DNA from: Gemmatimonas sp.
Lineage (GTDB): Bacteria; Gemmatimonadota; Gemmatimonadetes; Gemmatimonadales; Gemmatimonadaceae
Assembly: GCA_031414535.1 (NCBI GenBank)
Contig: JANNVQ010000029.1
Span: forward strand, 128,001-192,000
DNA: 64,000 nucleotides
Direction: 5' to 3'
The position numbers were made by a program, and so were the translations under genes. A model generated the notes under the pieces. That model did no database searches. It was not told where the DNA came from and saw nothing but the letters and a program-made list of their open reading frames with translations. Positions 29,641 to 38,947 of this stretch are shown here, piece by piece (position 1 is the stretch's first letter; each line of letters starts with the position of its first letter).

Positions 29641-32292
29641 TTGACGCAGTCCGTGAGTGAGCGGCTCAGTGCCGCGCTTTCTGATCGGTATCGCATTGAG
29701 CGCGAGCTCGGCCAAGGCGGAATGGCCACCGTGTATCTCGCCGAGGACCTCAAGCACAAGCGTCGCGTCGCTGTCAAGGTGCTCAAGCCGGAACTCGCCG
29801 CCGTCCTCGGCGCCGAGCGTTTCGTGGTGGAGATCACGACGACAGCCGCGCTCCAACATCCGCACATCTTGCCGCTGTTTGATTCCGGCGAAGCTGACGG
29901 CTTCCTGTACTATGTGATGCCGTTCATCGACGGCGAAACGCTACGAGGCAAGCTCGATCGCGAAACGCAGCTGAGCGTGGACGAGAGCGTACGCATCGCC
30001 AGTGACGTGGCGAGCGCGCTGCACTACGCGCACACGCAGGGCGTAATCCATCGCGACATCAAGCCCGAGAACATCCTGCTGCACGATGGTCGCCCGATGG
30101 TGGCGGACTTTGGCATCGCGCTCGCGGTTTCAGCGGCGGCTGGTGGGCGGATGACGGAGACGGGCCTCAGCCTCGGCACGCCGCACTATATGTCGCCCGA
30201 ACAAGCGACGGCCGAGAAGGAGATCACGGCCAAGAGCGACGTGTACTCGCTCGGTTCCGTGCTCTACGAAATGCTCACGGGCAACCCGCCGCACGTGGGC
30301 GCGAGCGCGCAGCAGATCATTATGAAGATCATCACCACGCCAGCTGAGTTGGTGACGGTGCATCGCAAGGCGGTGCCGGCGCACGTGGCTGATGCTGTGG
30401 CGAAGTCATTGGAAAAGTTGCCGGCCGACCGGTTCTCAAGCGCGAAGGCGTTTGCAGAGGCGCTCGCAAACTCAGCGTTCCGTTCAGCCACCATTGGAGT
30501 GACGGTCGCCACGTCTTCGCAGACGTCCGGCAGTTGGCGCACCGCAGCGCTCGCGCTCGGCGCCGTCGCAGTGGTCACAACTTCGATTGCGCTGATGGGT
30601 GGAACCGGCGGAAGTGGAGAGTCGCGCGACGTTGGGCTCTTGCCGACCGCACCGATGCGAATGCAAAACACCAAGCGGAACTTCGCCGTTTCGCACGATG
30701 GCACTTTCATCGTGTACGAGGCACGACTTGGGGAGTCGTCTCAACTCTGGTATCAGAGTCTCATCGACTCCGTGTCGCGCGCCATCACCGGGACGGAAGG
30801 CGCTGTTGGCGCTCCACGTATCTCACCCGACGATCGACGCATCGCCTTTGAGAGCGAAGGAGAGGTAAAGATCATCAGCGTGGACGGCGGCACCGCAACA
30901 GTGGCGGTGCGCGCCGAGGATCTCACCGGCGGCGGATGGCTCGCGAATGGGCAGATCTTCTTCGGCGCGGACGACGGGCGAGTGATGCGCTGGGTGGACG
31001 CCGAGACGGGTCCGGCGCGCACCGAACGCATCGGGCTCTGTATCCATCCCCAGTTAATGGAAGGACGGAATCGGATTCTCTGCGGAGGGGGATCGACGAA
31101 GGTCGCCTACGCGGTCGATCCCGCCCGCCCCGATGAACGGCTCTTCCTCCGTCGGTCTGCTGAAGCTGCGACCGCTGGCCCACCACTCGTGCTCGGCTCT
31201 GATTTCCGCATCGTGGACGGTGAGTATCTCGTCTATATGTCCATTGATGGCACGATAATGGGCGCTCGGTTCGAGGATATCGATTCACTTATCGTAGGTC
31301 GCTCGGTGCCGCTTGTCTCCGGTGTGCGTCGCAGCGCATACTCGGCGTCCGGGCACTTCGATATTACCGACAACGGCACCCTCGTGTTTGTGCCGGGCAT
31401 TAACGCAGAGGTCGGACGCCTCGTGCAGTGGTCGCGTGAGCAGGGCATCGTGCCGCTGCGCGTGGACGAAGGCGCGCACCTGCGATTCACGCCGAGTCCA
31501 GACGGCACGCGGTTGGGAACGGTCGTTGAGGGAATTCAGGAACAGGAACTCCGCATCTATGACCTGCGCACCGGGACGCACGAGACGGTTGACCAGGGCT
31601 ATTACCTCGGCGGGCCGCGATGGAGTCCCGATGGACGCAGCATCGCTTATCTGAAGCGGGAGTACGCGACCCCAACGCAGGAGAAGGTGCTCCTGCGTCG
31701 GCTTGAATCTCCGGAGCCACCGCGCGTTCTCATCAGCGGAGACTATCGCGCGAATGAACCCTCGTCCTTCCTGGCCGATGATTTTCTTTTGTTGGGCGTG
31801 AGCATCAGTCAAGGCAGGAACGTGATTGTTGATCCCACGTCCAATCCCGTTGGCATCGATACGCTGCCGCTGAGCAGCTTCTTCATCTCGCTGTCGCCCG
31901 ACCGCAAATGGATTGCGTATCAACCCCAAGGGGCGATTGGCGTCACTCTTCAGCCGTGGCCGGCGCTTGACCGCCGATATCAGGTTGACCCGCTCGGTGC
32001 CGAACCACGCTGGGCATCGGCGAATGAGTTGGTGTATCTGCGGCGGCGTCTTGGCAAGTACTCGGAGCAGCGCGTGCGCATCGATGCGTCATCGAGCACG
32101 CCTGTGGGGAAGCCCGAGTTGCTCTTTGACGATCCACGCTTCGCGGATACGCCTGGGTGGTCGCATTCGCTCGGCAGGAATGGCGAAGTCGTGTACGTCC
32201 AGACGCCGGATGAGATCCTAGGCTACTATGTGCGCGTGGTGCCGAACTGGGTGAAGGCGATGAAGCGTGCGGTGAATGAGGCCAATCGATGA
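29641..32292 (+). CDS. Ser/Thr kinase 8: kinase(class C)-TM-divergent beta-propeller
   Basis: TTG start with GGAGG RBS; Hanks motifs; TM AALALGAVAVVTTSIALM; sensor related to that of kinase 12. Confidence 0.92.
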   Translation: MTQSVSERLSAALSDRYRIERELGQGGMATVYLAEDLKHKRRVAVKVLKPELAAVLGAERFVVEITTTAALQHPHILPLFDSGEADGFLYYVMPFIDGETLRGKLDRETQLSVDESVRIASDVASALHYAHTQGVIHRDIKPENILLHDGRPMVADFGIALAVSAAAGGRMTETGLSLGTPHYMSPEQATAEKEITAKSDVYSLGSVLYEMLTGNPPHVGASAQQIIMKIITTPAELVTVHRKAVPAHVADAVAKSLEKLPADRFSSAKAFAEALANSAFRSATIGVTVATSSQTSGSWRTAALALGAVAVVTTSIALMGGTGGSGESRDVGLLPTAPMRMQNTKRNFAVSHDGTFIVYEARLGESSQLWYQSLIDSVSRAITGTEGAVGAPRISPDDRRIAFESEGEVKIISVDGGTATVAVRAEDLTGGGWLANGQIFFGADDGRVMRWVDAETGPARTERIGLCIHPQLMEGRNRILCGGGSTKVAYAVDPARPDERLFLRRSAEAATAGPPLVLGSDFRIVDGEYLVYMSIDGTIMGARFEDIDSLIVGRSVPLVSGVRRSAYSASGHFDITDNGTLVFVPGINAEVGRLVQWSREQGIVPLRVDEGAHLRFTPSPDGTRLGTVVEGIQEQELRIYDLRTGTHETVDQGYYLGGPRWSPDGRSIAYLKREYATPTQEKVLLRRLESPEPPRVLISGDYRANEPSSFLADDFLLLGVSISQGRNVIVDPTSNPVGIDTLPLSSFFISLSPDRKWIAYQPQGAIGVTLQPWPALDRRYQVDPLGAEPRWASANELVYLRRRLGKYSEQRVRIDASSSTPVGKPELLFDDPRFADTPGWSHSLGRNGEVVYVQTPDEILGYYVRVVPNWVKAMKRAVNEANR

Positions 32293-34994
32293 CTGATACT
32301 CGCGCACGGCTCAACGCCGCGCTCTCTGACCGCTACCGCATTGAGCGCGAGCTCGGCGCTGGCGGGATGGCCACCGTCTACTTGGCGCACGACCTTAAGC
32401 ACGATCGCGATGTTGCTATCAAGGTGCTGCATCCCGACCTAGGCGCGGCTCTCGGCGGTGAACGTTTCTTAAGCGAGATCCGCACAACCGCCCGCTTACA
32501 ACACCCGCATATCCTCCCGCTGCTCGACAGTGGCGAGGCGGACACGCTGCTGTACTACGTGATGCCGCTCGTGACCGGCGAAACGCTGCGCGCGCGTCTC
32601 GAGCGCGAGCGACAGCTGCCGGTTGCCGATGCGGTGCGCATTGCGCGCGAAGTGGCGAGCGCGCTCGACTACGCGCATCGCCAGGGCGTCATTCATCGCG
32701 ACATCAAGCCGGAGAACATCCTTCTGCACGATGGCTCAGCGCTCGTGGCCGACTTTGGCATCGCGCTCGCGGTGCAACAGGCAGGCGGTGCGCGGATGAC
32801 GCAGACGGGCCTCAGTCTCGGCACACCGCAGTATATGAGTCCCGAGCAGGCGATGGGCGAACGCAGCATTGATGCGCGCAGCGACATCTATGCGCTTGGT
32901 GCGGTGCTCTACGAGATGCTCGCTGGCGATGCACCGTTTATTGGTGGCAGCGTGCAGGCCATTGTGGCCAAGGTGCTGAACGAGAAGCCAACGCCGCTGC
33001 ACACGCTGCGGGATACGGTGCCAGAGTCGGTGGAGACTGCGGTGCTCACCGCTTTGGCCAAGCTTCCTGCGGATCGCCATGCGACAGCGGCGGCATTCTC
33101 CACCGCTCTTGAGGTCACGTCGGCCACGAGCACAACCTCCGGTGCGCGGCGTGCATCTGCCGTGCCTCCGACGCGCACGTCGATGATGTTGCGGTTCGCG
33201 CCTTGGTTGCTGGCTGCAGGACTCGCGCTGGCTCTTGCTTGGCAGAGTCGTGACAGCGCGACGAGCGCCGTGACGAGTCGGCAAATGGTAACTCTGTGGA
33301 AGCAAGCCATCGCCTCTCCACTGGACGTCGGCGCTTCACGGCTCGGCAACGAAGCCGCCATCGCACCTGATGGCTCGACCATCATCTACACTGACTCCTC
33401 GTCCAGCGGTCGCATCCTGATGCGAAAGGCGCGTGACGCCGCCGAGGCTACGCCGATTCCCGGAACGGAGCGTGGGCTGTCGCCCTTCTTCTCCCCTGAC
33501 GGGAAGTGGATTGGATTTCTCACGCAGGATGGCTTTCTACGGAAAGTGCCGGCAGATGGCGGGGCTGGAGCGGTTACGCTGCTGGAGATGAAATCCATAT
33601 CGGCGTATGCGTCGAGTGCTTGGTTGGCGGATGGCAGCATCGTGGTCTATGAAGGTGGGGAAGTCATACGCGTCTCCAGCGACGGCGCGCCGCTTCCGGC
33701 GCCGAACGTCTCAGCAAGTGGTGTTGGCGCGGGCACCGACCAGGGAAACGATGTCGTTGCGCTCAGTGTGCTTCCCGACGCGAGGGGATTCCTCTTTACC
33801 ATCTGCGCGGGTTCCTGTAGCGTCGGCTCCTCCGTGTGGGCGTACGACGCGAAGGCGGACAGTGCCCACCTGCTGTTGCCGCAGGGCTTGGGCGCGTGGT
33901 ATGCACCAACGGGACACCTCGTTTACACGAGTCGAGAGGGCGGCCTGTATGCGAGTCCGTTCGACCTCAAGACCTTGCAGCTCACCGGTGGTTCCTTCTC
34001 CGTCATTGACGGCGTAATCCCGTCGAAGTTCGCGCTCTCGCCGTCGGGTGCTGTGGTGTACTCGATTGATCGCATCGCTGATGCGCCATCGGCGTTGGTT
34101 TGGGTCTCGCGCGACGGGCGCGCGGAGCAGGTGGATTCCAGCTGGCGCGCCGCGTTCGAGTATCCGGCCATTGCGCCGGATGGTCAATCGCTTGCCGTCG
34201 GATTGCGCGACAAATCCACAGAGCTGTGGATTTGGCGGAACGATAGGACTCGGCGCCGGATACGGTCCAACGTCGAGCTGAACTGGCGGCCTTCGTGGAG
34301 CAGTGACGGGCAGTCGTTGGCGTACGTGGCGATTCGCGAGCCGGAAGGGGGCGAACCGCTGTTGGCCTTGCCAATGATCACGCGGGCCGATGGCACAGGC
34401 TCAGCGGTGCCATTGGATTCCTCTCCCGGTCGCAATTACTTCGAAGTTGAGCTGTCGCGCGACGGGGAGTGGGTGGTGTTTCGCGTGGACGAGAGAGGCA
34501 GCGCTCTCGCGCGCGGCTCGAAGATGTACTACCGCCGCCGCTCTGGCGATACCACGCTACGTGTGGTGCCAACGGGCGAGGGCTCGGCGCTGCAGCCCGC
34601 GCTCTCACCCGATGGCAAGTGGTTGGCGTATGGAGCTGGCGCATTGGTGGGTAGCCGAGAAATCATCGTGCAGTCCTTTCCGGATGCAGAGCAACGCGTG
34701 GTCGTATCAGAAGAGGGCGGCTCGGAGCCGAGGTGGTCGGCCAATGGCCGCGAACTCTTCTTCAGGCGCGGCGGGCAGATGATGGTGGTCTCGGTGCCGC
34801 CTGAACCCGTCTTCTCACCGGGGCCCGCACGCGCGCTCTTCTCAGCCGTCGGTTACCGCGCCGCGCGCAATCGCCCGCAGTACGACGTGACTCCCGATGG
34901 TCAGCGCTTCTTGATGATTCGCGAGAACTCGGCGTCGCAGGTGGTTTATGTCGAGAATTGGTTCACCGAGTTGCTGGCGAAGGCTAAGCAGTGA
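32289..34994 (+). CDS. Ser/Thr kinase 9: kinase(class A)-TM-PD40 beta-propeller
   Basis: ATGA overlap; kinase domain nearly the same as kinase 3; TM FAPWLLAAGLALALAW. Confidence 0.93.
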   Translation: MTDTRARLNAALSDRYRIERELGAGGMATVYLAHDLKHDRDVAIKVLHPDLGAALGGERFLSEIRTTARLQHPHILPLLDSGEADTLLYYVMPLVTGETLRARLERERQLPVADAVRIAREVASALDYAHRQGVIHRDIKPENILLHDGSALVADFGIALAVQQAGGARMTQTGLSLGTPQYMSPEQAMGERSIDARSDIYALGAVLYEMLAGDAPFIGGSVQAIVAKVLNEKPTPLHTLRDTVPESVETAVLTALAKLPADRHATAAAFSTALEVTSATSTTSGARRASAVPPTRTSMMLRFAPWLLAAGLALALAWQSRDSATSAVTSRQMVTLWKQAIASPLDVGASRLGNEAAIAPDGSTIIYTDSSSSGRILMRKARDAAEATPIPGTERGLSPFFSPDGKWIGFLTQDGFLRKVPADGGAGAVTLLEMKSISAYASSAWLADGSIVVYEGGEVIRVSSDGAPLPAPNVSASGVGAGTDQGNDVVALSVLPDARGFLFTICAGSCSVGSSVWAYDAKADSAHLLLPQGLGAWYAPTGHLVYTSREGGLYASPFDLKTLQLTGGSFSVIDGVIPSKFALSPSGAVVYSIDRIADAPSALVWVSRDGRAEQVDSSWRAAFEYPAIAPDGQSLAVGLRDKSTELWIWRNDRTRRRIRSNVELNWRPSWSSDGQSLAYVAIREPEGGEPLLALPMITRADGTGSAVPLDSSPGRNYFEVELSRDGEWVVFRVDERGSALARGSKMYYRRRSGDTTLRVVPTGEGSALQPALSPDGKWLAYGAGALVGSREIIVQSFPDAEQRVVVSEEGGSEPRWSANGRELFFRRGGQMMVVSVPPEPVFSPGPARALFSAVGYRAARNRPQYDVTPDGQRFLMIRENSASQVVYVENWFTELLAKAKQ

Positions 34995-35030
34995 AGGTTC
35001 AGTCGTGAACGTCACCCCCAAGCAAGACTA

Positions 35031-37673
35031 ATGAACGCCATCACGCAGCGTCTTTCCCTCGCCCTCGCCGACCGCTACCGCATCGAACGCGAGCTCGGCA
35101 TGGGTGGTATGGCCACGGTCTACCTCGCTCACGACATCAAGCACGACCGCAAGGTCGCCGTAAAGGTCCTCAAGCCTGAACTGGCCGCCGTACTCGGCGC
35201 CGAACGCTTCGTGGTGGAGATCAAGACCACGGCCAGTATGAGCCATCCGCACATCCTGCCGCTCTTCGACAGTGGCACTTCGGATGGCTTCCTGTTCTAT
35301 GTGATGCCGTACGTGGAAGGCGAGACGCTGCGCGACACGCTGAATCGCGAGAATCAGCTTGGCATTGATGACGCGGTGCGCATCGCGCGAGAAGTGCTCG
35401 ATGCGCTGCACTACGCACATTCACGCGGCGTCATTCATCGCGATATCAAGCCGGAGAACATCCTGATGCAGGGTGGCCGGCCGATGGTGGCGGACTTCGG
35501 CATTGCGCTCGCGGTGTCAGCGGCGGCTGGTGGTCGTATGACCGAGACCGGCCTCTCGCTGGGTACGCCGCACTATATGAGCCCGGAGCAGGCGACCGCC
35601 GAGAAGGAGATTACGGCGCGGGCGGACGTGTACTCGCTCGCGAGCGTGCTCTACGAGATGCTCACCGGCGAGCCGCCGCATATGGGCACCTCGGCGCAGC
35701 AGATCATCATGAAGATCATCACCGAGCCTGCAGGGGCGGTGACCAAGTTGAGAAAATCCGTGCCGCCGCACGTGGCGGCCGCGGTGGGGAAGGCCTTGGA
35801 GAAGTTGCCGGCTGATTGCTTTGAGAGCGCGAAGGCATTCCGCGAGGCATTGGGTGATCCTGGGTTCACCGTGGCGGGCACGGCGGCGGCGGGAGTCACA
35901 TCCAAGGCATCGCGCGGCAGCAGAGTGGGATTGCTGATGGGCTGGGCAGTCGCTGCGATTGCGCTGGCGGCGGCAGTGGCGTTGTGGATGCGTCCCGCAC
36001 CAGAGCAACTGTTTCGGCGATTCGATCTCGTGACTGGCGATCTCGTCCCCCGCGTGCAATCGGACATCGCCATTTCGCCTGATGGAAGCAAGCTAGCGAT
36101 GGCAGGGACGGTGGGCGGTGAGACGGCCATCTATATCCGCAATCTTGATGGCGATGCGGAGTTTCGGAAACTCGCTGGTACTGAGAATGGCGTCCTCCCA
36201 GACTTCTCACCGGATGGTGAGTGGATCGTGTTCCGGCGGGATAGCGACAAGTCCCTCGTGAAGATTTTGGCGAGCGGTGGCGGCGCCGTCACCCTCGTGA
36301 CCAGTGGGGCGGTCGATCCCTACTTTCCGCAGTGGGAGACGCCTGATCGAATCATCTTCACCACCTTCAGGGAAGTCTACAGCGTTGGTATCGGCGGCGG
36401 GGAGCTCACGCCCCTGCCCAAGGTGACCTGGGGCCGAATTTCTGTGTTGCCCGATGGGAGCGGCGTGCTGCACTCAGACGGTGACGTAAGGCTCTACGAT
36501 TTCGCCACGGACTCCTCCTACCTCTTGGTTCCCGGCGGCGTCGCTCCCACTTACGTGTCTACCGGACACCTCCTCTATGTAGCCAGCGAGGGCGGCCTCT
36601 TTGCTGTGCGGCTCAACCTTGCGACTCACGCTGTGGAGGGGTCACCGGTACGCGTGCTCGAGCGCGTGGGAGCGGGAACGCTTGCGCGCGGTTATTCGAT
36701 GTCGGCAACTGGTGTCCTCGTACAGAGGGATGCGGACGGTGCGGCCAGTTTGAACTTCAACAGCCTCGTCATTGTAGATCCGGGTAAGGGCGCGGATACG
36801 CTTCGCTTGCCACCAGCCCGCCGTGCGAAGATGCGCTTCTCTCCTGACGGGCGCTCCCTCGCGATAGAGGTTTCTAAACCCGATGCGGACACCGACATCT
36901 ACTCGCTCGATCTCGTGACCGGCACATATACCCAGCTCACTTTTGAGGGAGATAACGACGAGGCGATTTGGTCACCGGATGCGAAGCGGTTGCTTTTTGA
37001 TATGCGCGTGCAGGCAAGTCCAGCTGGCGAGGATCTCCACATCAAGCCGGCAGACAACAGTGCCGCGCCGCGCCGCCTGACGATGCTCGGGGCGCAGGAG
37101 CTGTCGGCGTCGCAATGGCTCAGCGATACGCTCTTGCTCTTTGAGGCGATCTCTGCGGGTCGGGGCTACGACCTGTTCACCATCAAGTCCGACTCCGGCA
37201 GCGTACCGGTGCCCTATCTGCAGACACCAGCCAACGAAACTGAGGCGCGCATCTCTCCGGACCGGAAACTCATCAGCTACACGTCTGATGAAGGAGGCCA
37301 GCAGGTGTGGATGCGAGACTTCCCCATTCCGCAGGGCAAGTGGAGTATCTCCCAAGGTCGAGGGCGCGCTGCGCGCTGGTCATCCGACGGGCAATACGTG
37401 TACTTCTGGAGAGGCGCCACGCCGCTGGACTCCCTGTTCCGCGTTCGCGTGGAGCGTACGCCGAATATCGTCGTGCGGGCGCCGGAGTTGGTCCTCGCCA
37501 CAGACGTTGTCGATATCAGCGCCTGGGATCTCCATCCCGATGGACGGCGCTTCATTGTCAGTGTGCCCACGAGCACCGGCACGTCCGCGGCTCGTGGATC
37601 GTCTTCCCGATATTTGATCCTGCAGAACTTCTTCAGCGAGTTGAATCGGCTTACCACTCCTCGGCCGAAGTAG
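35031..37673 (+). CDS. Ser/Thr kinase 10: kinase(class B)-TM-PD40 beta-propeller
   Basis: Hanks motifs; TM VGLLMGWAVAAIALAAAVALW; subdomain XI reads LPADC rather than LPADR. Confidence 0.92.
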   Translation: MNAITQRLSLALADRYRIERELGMGGMATVYLAHDIKHDRKVAVKVLKPELAAVLGAERFVVEIKTTASMSHPHILPLFDSGTSDGFLFYVMPYVEGETLRDTLNRENQLGIDDAVRIAREVLDALHYAHSRGVIHRDIKPENILMQGGRPMVADFGIALAVSAAAGGRMTETGLSLGTPHYMSPEQATAEKEITARADVYSLASVLYEMLTGEPPHMGTSAQQIIMKIITEPAGAVTKLRKSVPPHVAAAVGKALEKLPADCFESAKAFREALGDPGFTVAGTAAAGVTSKASRGSRVGLLMGWAVAAIALAAAVALWMRPAPEQLFRRFDLVTGDLVPRVQSDIAISPDGSKLAMAGTVGGETAIYIRNLDGDAEFRKLAGTENGVLPDFSPDGEWIVFRRDSDKSLVKILASGGGAVTLVTSGAVDPYFPQWETPDRIIFTTFREVYSVGIGGGELTPLPKVTWGRISVLPDGSGVLHSDGDVRLYDFATDSSYLLVPGGVAPTYVSTGHLLYVASEGGLFAVRLNLATHAVEGSPVRVLERVGAGTLARGYSMSATGVLVQRDADGAASLNFNSLVIVDPGKGADTLRLPPARRAKMRFSPDGRSLAIEVSKPDADTDIYSLDLVTGTYTQLTFEGDNDEAIWSPDAKRLLFDMRVQASPAGEDLHIKPADNSAAPRRLTMLGAQELSASQWLSDTLLLFEAISAGRGYDLFTIKSDSGSVPVPYLQTPANETEARISPDRKLISYTSDEGGQQVWMRDFPIPQGKWSISQGRGRAARWSSDGQYVYFWRGATPLDSLFRVRVERTPNIVVRAPELVLATDVVDISAWDLHPDGRRFIVSVPTSTGTSAARGSSSRYLILQNFFSELNRLTTPRPK

Positions 37674-37674
37674 C

Positions 37675-38871
37675 TCAGTCCCCAGGGAGGAACGCCCAAA
37701 GCGCGGGGCGTCCCACGTTGCAGTGCACTACGCGCGAGATCGGCGAGAGCGTACCCCAGCCGAGCCAGAGCGCGTGCCGTGCGACGTGATGTGCGTGCCA
37801 CCAGCGCAGCGCCTTCGCGCTGCCGCTGGCGGCCTGCGCTGAGCTCAATCGCGCCAGTCGGTTGCTGCGCGCGGGCACGGGGTGGAAGATCGTCTCGACG
37901 CCGGCGGAGCGCGCCGCTTCGTCGTCCTGCCAGCGATCCAGCTGCTCAACGGCGCTCTGCAGCGAGCGGGCTTCTCCATCAGCCGCTGTCGCCTGGTCCA
38001 AGGCATACACAGCGGCTCGCGACGGCGTAGGAAGCACGAGCACGCCCACGAACGCCCAGAGCGTCATGCCAGCCGCCATCGTGAGCAGGCTCGCCGCGCT
38101 TCCGAGCGTGTCGCCGCTGAGCGCAATCACCAGGCATAAGCCAAGCGTGTTCCACGCAATCGCCGCCAACACGCCTCGCAAATGCGCGCCCGATTCCACG
38201 ATGATGCGACGTCGCTTGAGCGTGGCGAGCAGTGCATCGTCCGGTAGAGACAGCCACGTCGCCGGCAGCAACAAGCGGCGCGGCACGATGCCGCTCCATC
38301 CACCGACGAATCCTTCGTCGTTGCTTTTGAGCGCGAGAATACGCTCAGGCGATATGCCGGCGAGCTCTGCGATGCGGCGGTCACGCGCCGAAAGCGGTTG
38401 CGGCGTGAAGGACGCAATGACGCGAGCCAACGGAGCGCGCAGCGCGGCGAGAACGTACTGTAGCAGCACAAAGCATCCGATGGCAGCAGCGGTGCCGCCG
38501 GCCCGCGCCGCGGCGATCAGTAGGCTAGCCGAGAGCATCCAGATGGCGAACTGCATTGCCGCGCCGCGAATCCAACGCCCGAGGAAGGCTGCAACGGATG
38601 GGCGACCACGGACGACTACGGCACCGCCCATCACGTCGAATGGAAATAGAGCCGCGAGTCCGACCACCAAAACCAACGCGAGCGAAGCGAGGGCCTCGGA
38701 CAGCGGTTGACTGACGGAGTTGGACAGGGTCCGTGTCGGTACATCGAAGGCCAGCAGAGCGGTCGCCAACAATACTGATGTACCGACGCCACAGATGCCG
38801 ATGTAGAGGCGCGAGCGCGCATAGCTGAGGCGAGAGGGAGCGCTTGGGGAACTGAGTGCGGGGGTTGCCAT
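37675..38871 (-). CDS. Polytopic membrane hypothetical protein (M48/Ste24-like layout, no HEXXH)
   Basis: Several hydrophobic segments; IFHPVP..NR near the C-terminus resembles the M48 HP...R motif; His-rich tail. Confidence 0.65.
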   Translation of the reverse strand: MATPALSSPSAPSRLSYARSRLYIGICGVGTSVLLATALLAFDVPTRTLSNSVSQPLSEALASLALVLVVGLAALFPFDVMGGAVVVRGRPSVAAFLGRWIRGAAMQFAIWMLSASLLIAAARAGGTAAAIGCFVLLQYVLAALRAPLARVIASFTPQPLSARDRRIAELAGISPERILALKSNDEGFVGGWSGIVPRRLLLPATWLSLPDDALLATLKRRRIIVESGAHLRGVLAAIAWNTLGLCLVIALSGDTLGSAASLLTMAAGMTLWAFVGVLVLPTPSRAAVYALDQATAADGEARSLQSAVEQLDRWQDDEAARSAGVETIFHPVPARSNRLARLSSAQAASGSAKALRWWHAHHVARHALWLGWGTLSPISRVVHCNVGRPALWAFLPGD

Positions 38872-38947
38872 GTAACGTGAACGTTCAAGACAGCCGGGTA
38901 GTGCGCGAGATCACTGTCCATGTCGGCTCCGCGGGGTAGAATGAAGA

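Larger units (their letters stand above)
10182..37673 (+). repeat. Tandem array of 10 Ser/Thr kinase paralogs (about 2.2-2.7 kb units)
   Basis: Repeated ~0.8-kb kinase-coding segment at the 5' end of each unit; (A/G)TGA overlaps at 12656, 19002, 21668, 24301, 26970, 32289. Confidence 0.95.

Noticed and set aside
10182..37673. Integron or shufflon explanation for the array
   Set aside because: No integrase or invertase; genes overlap with no space for attC sites; all units share one orientation.
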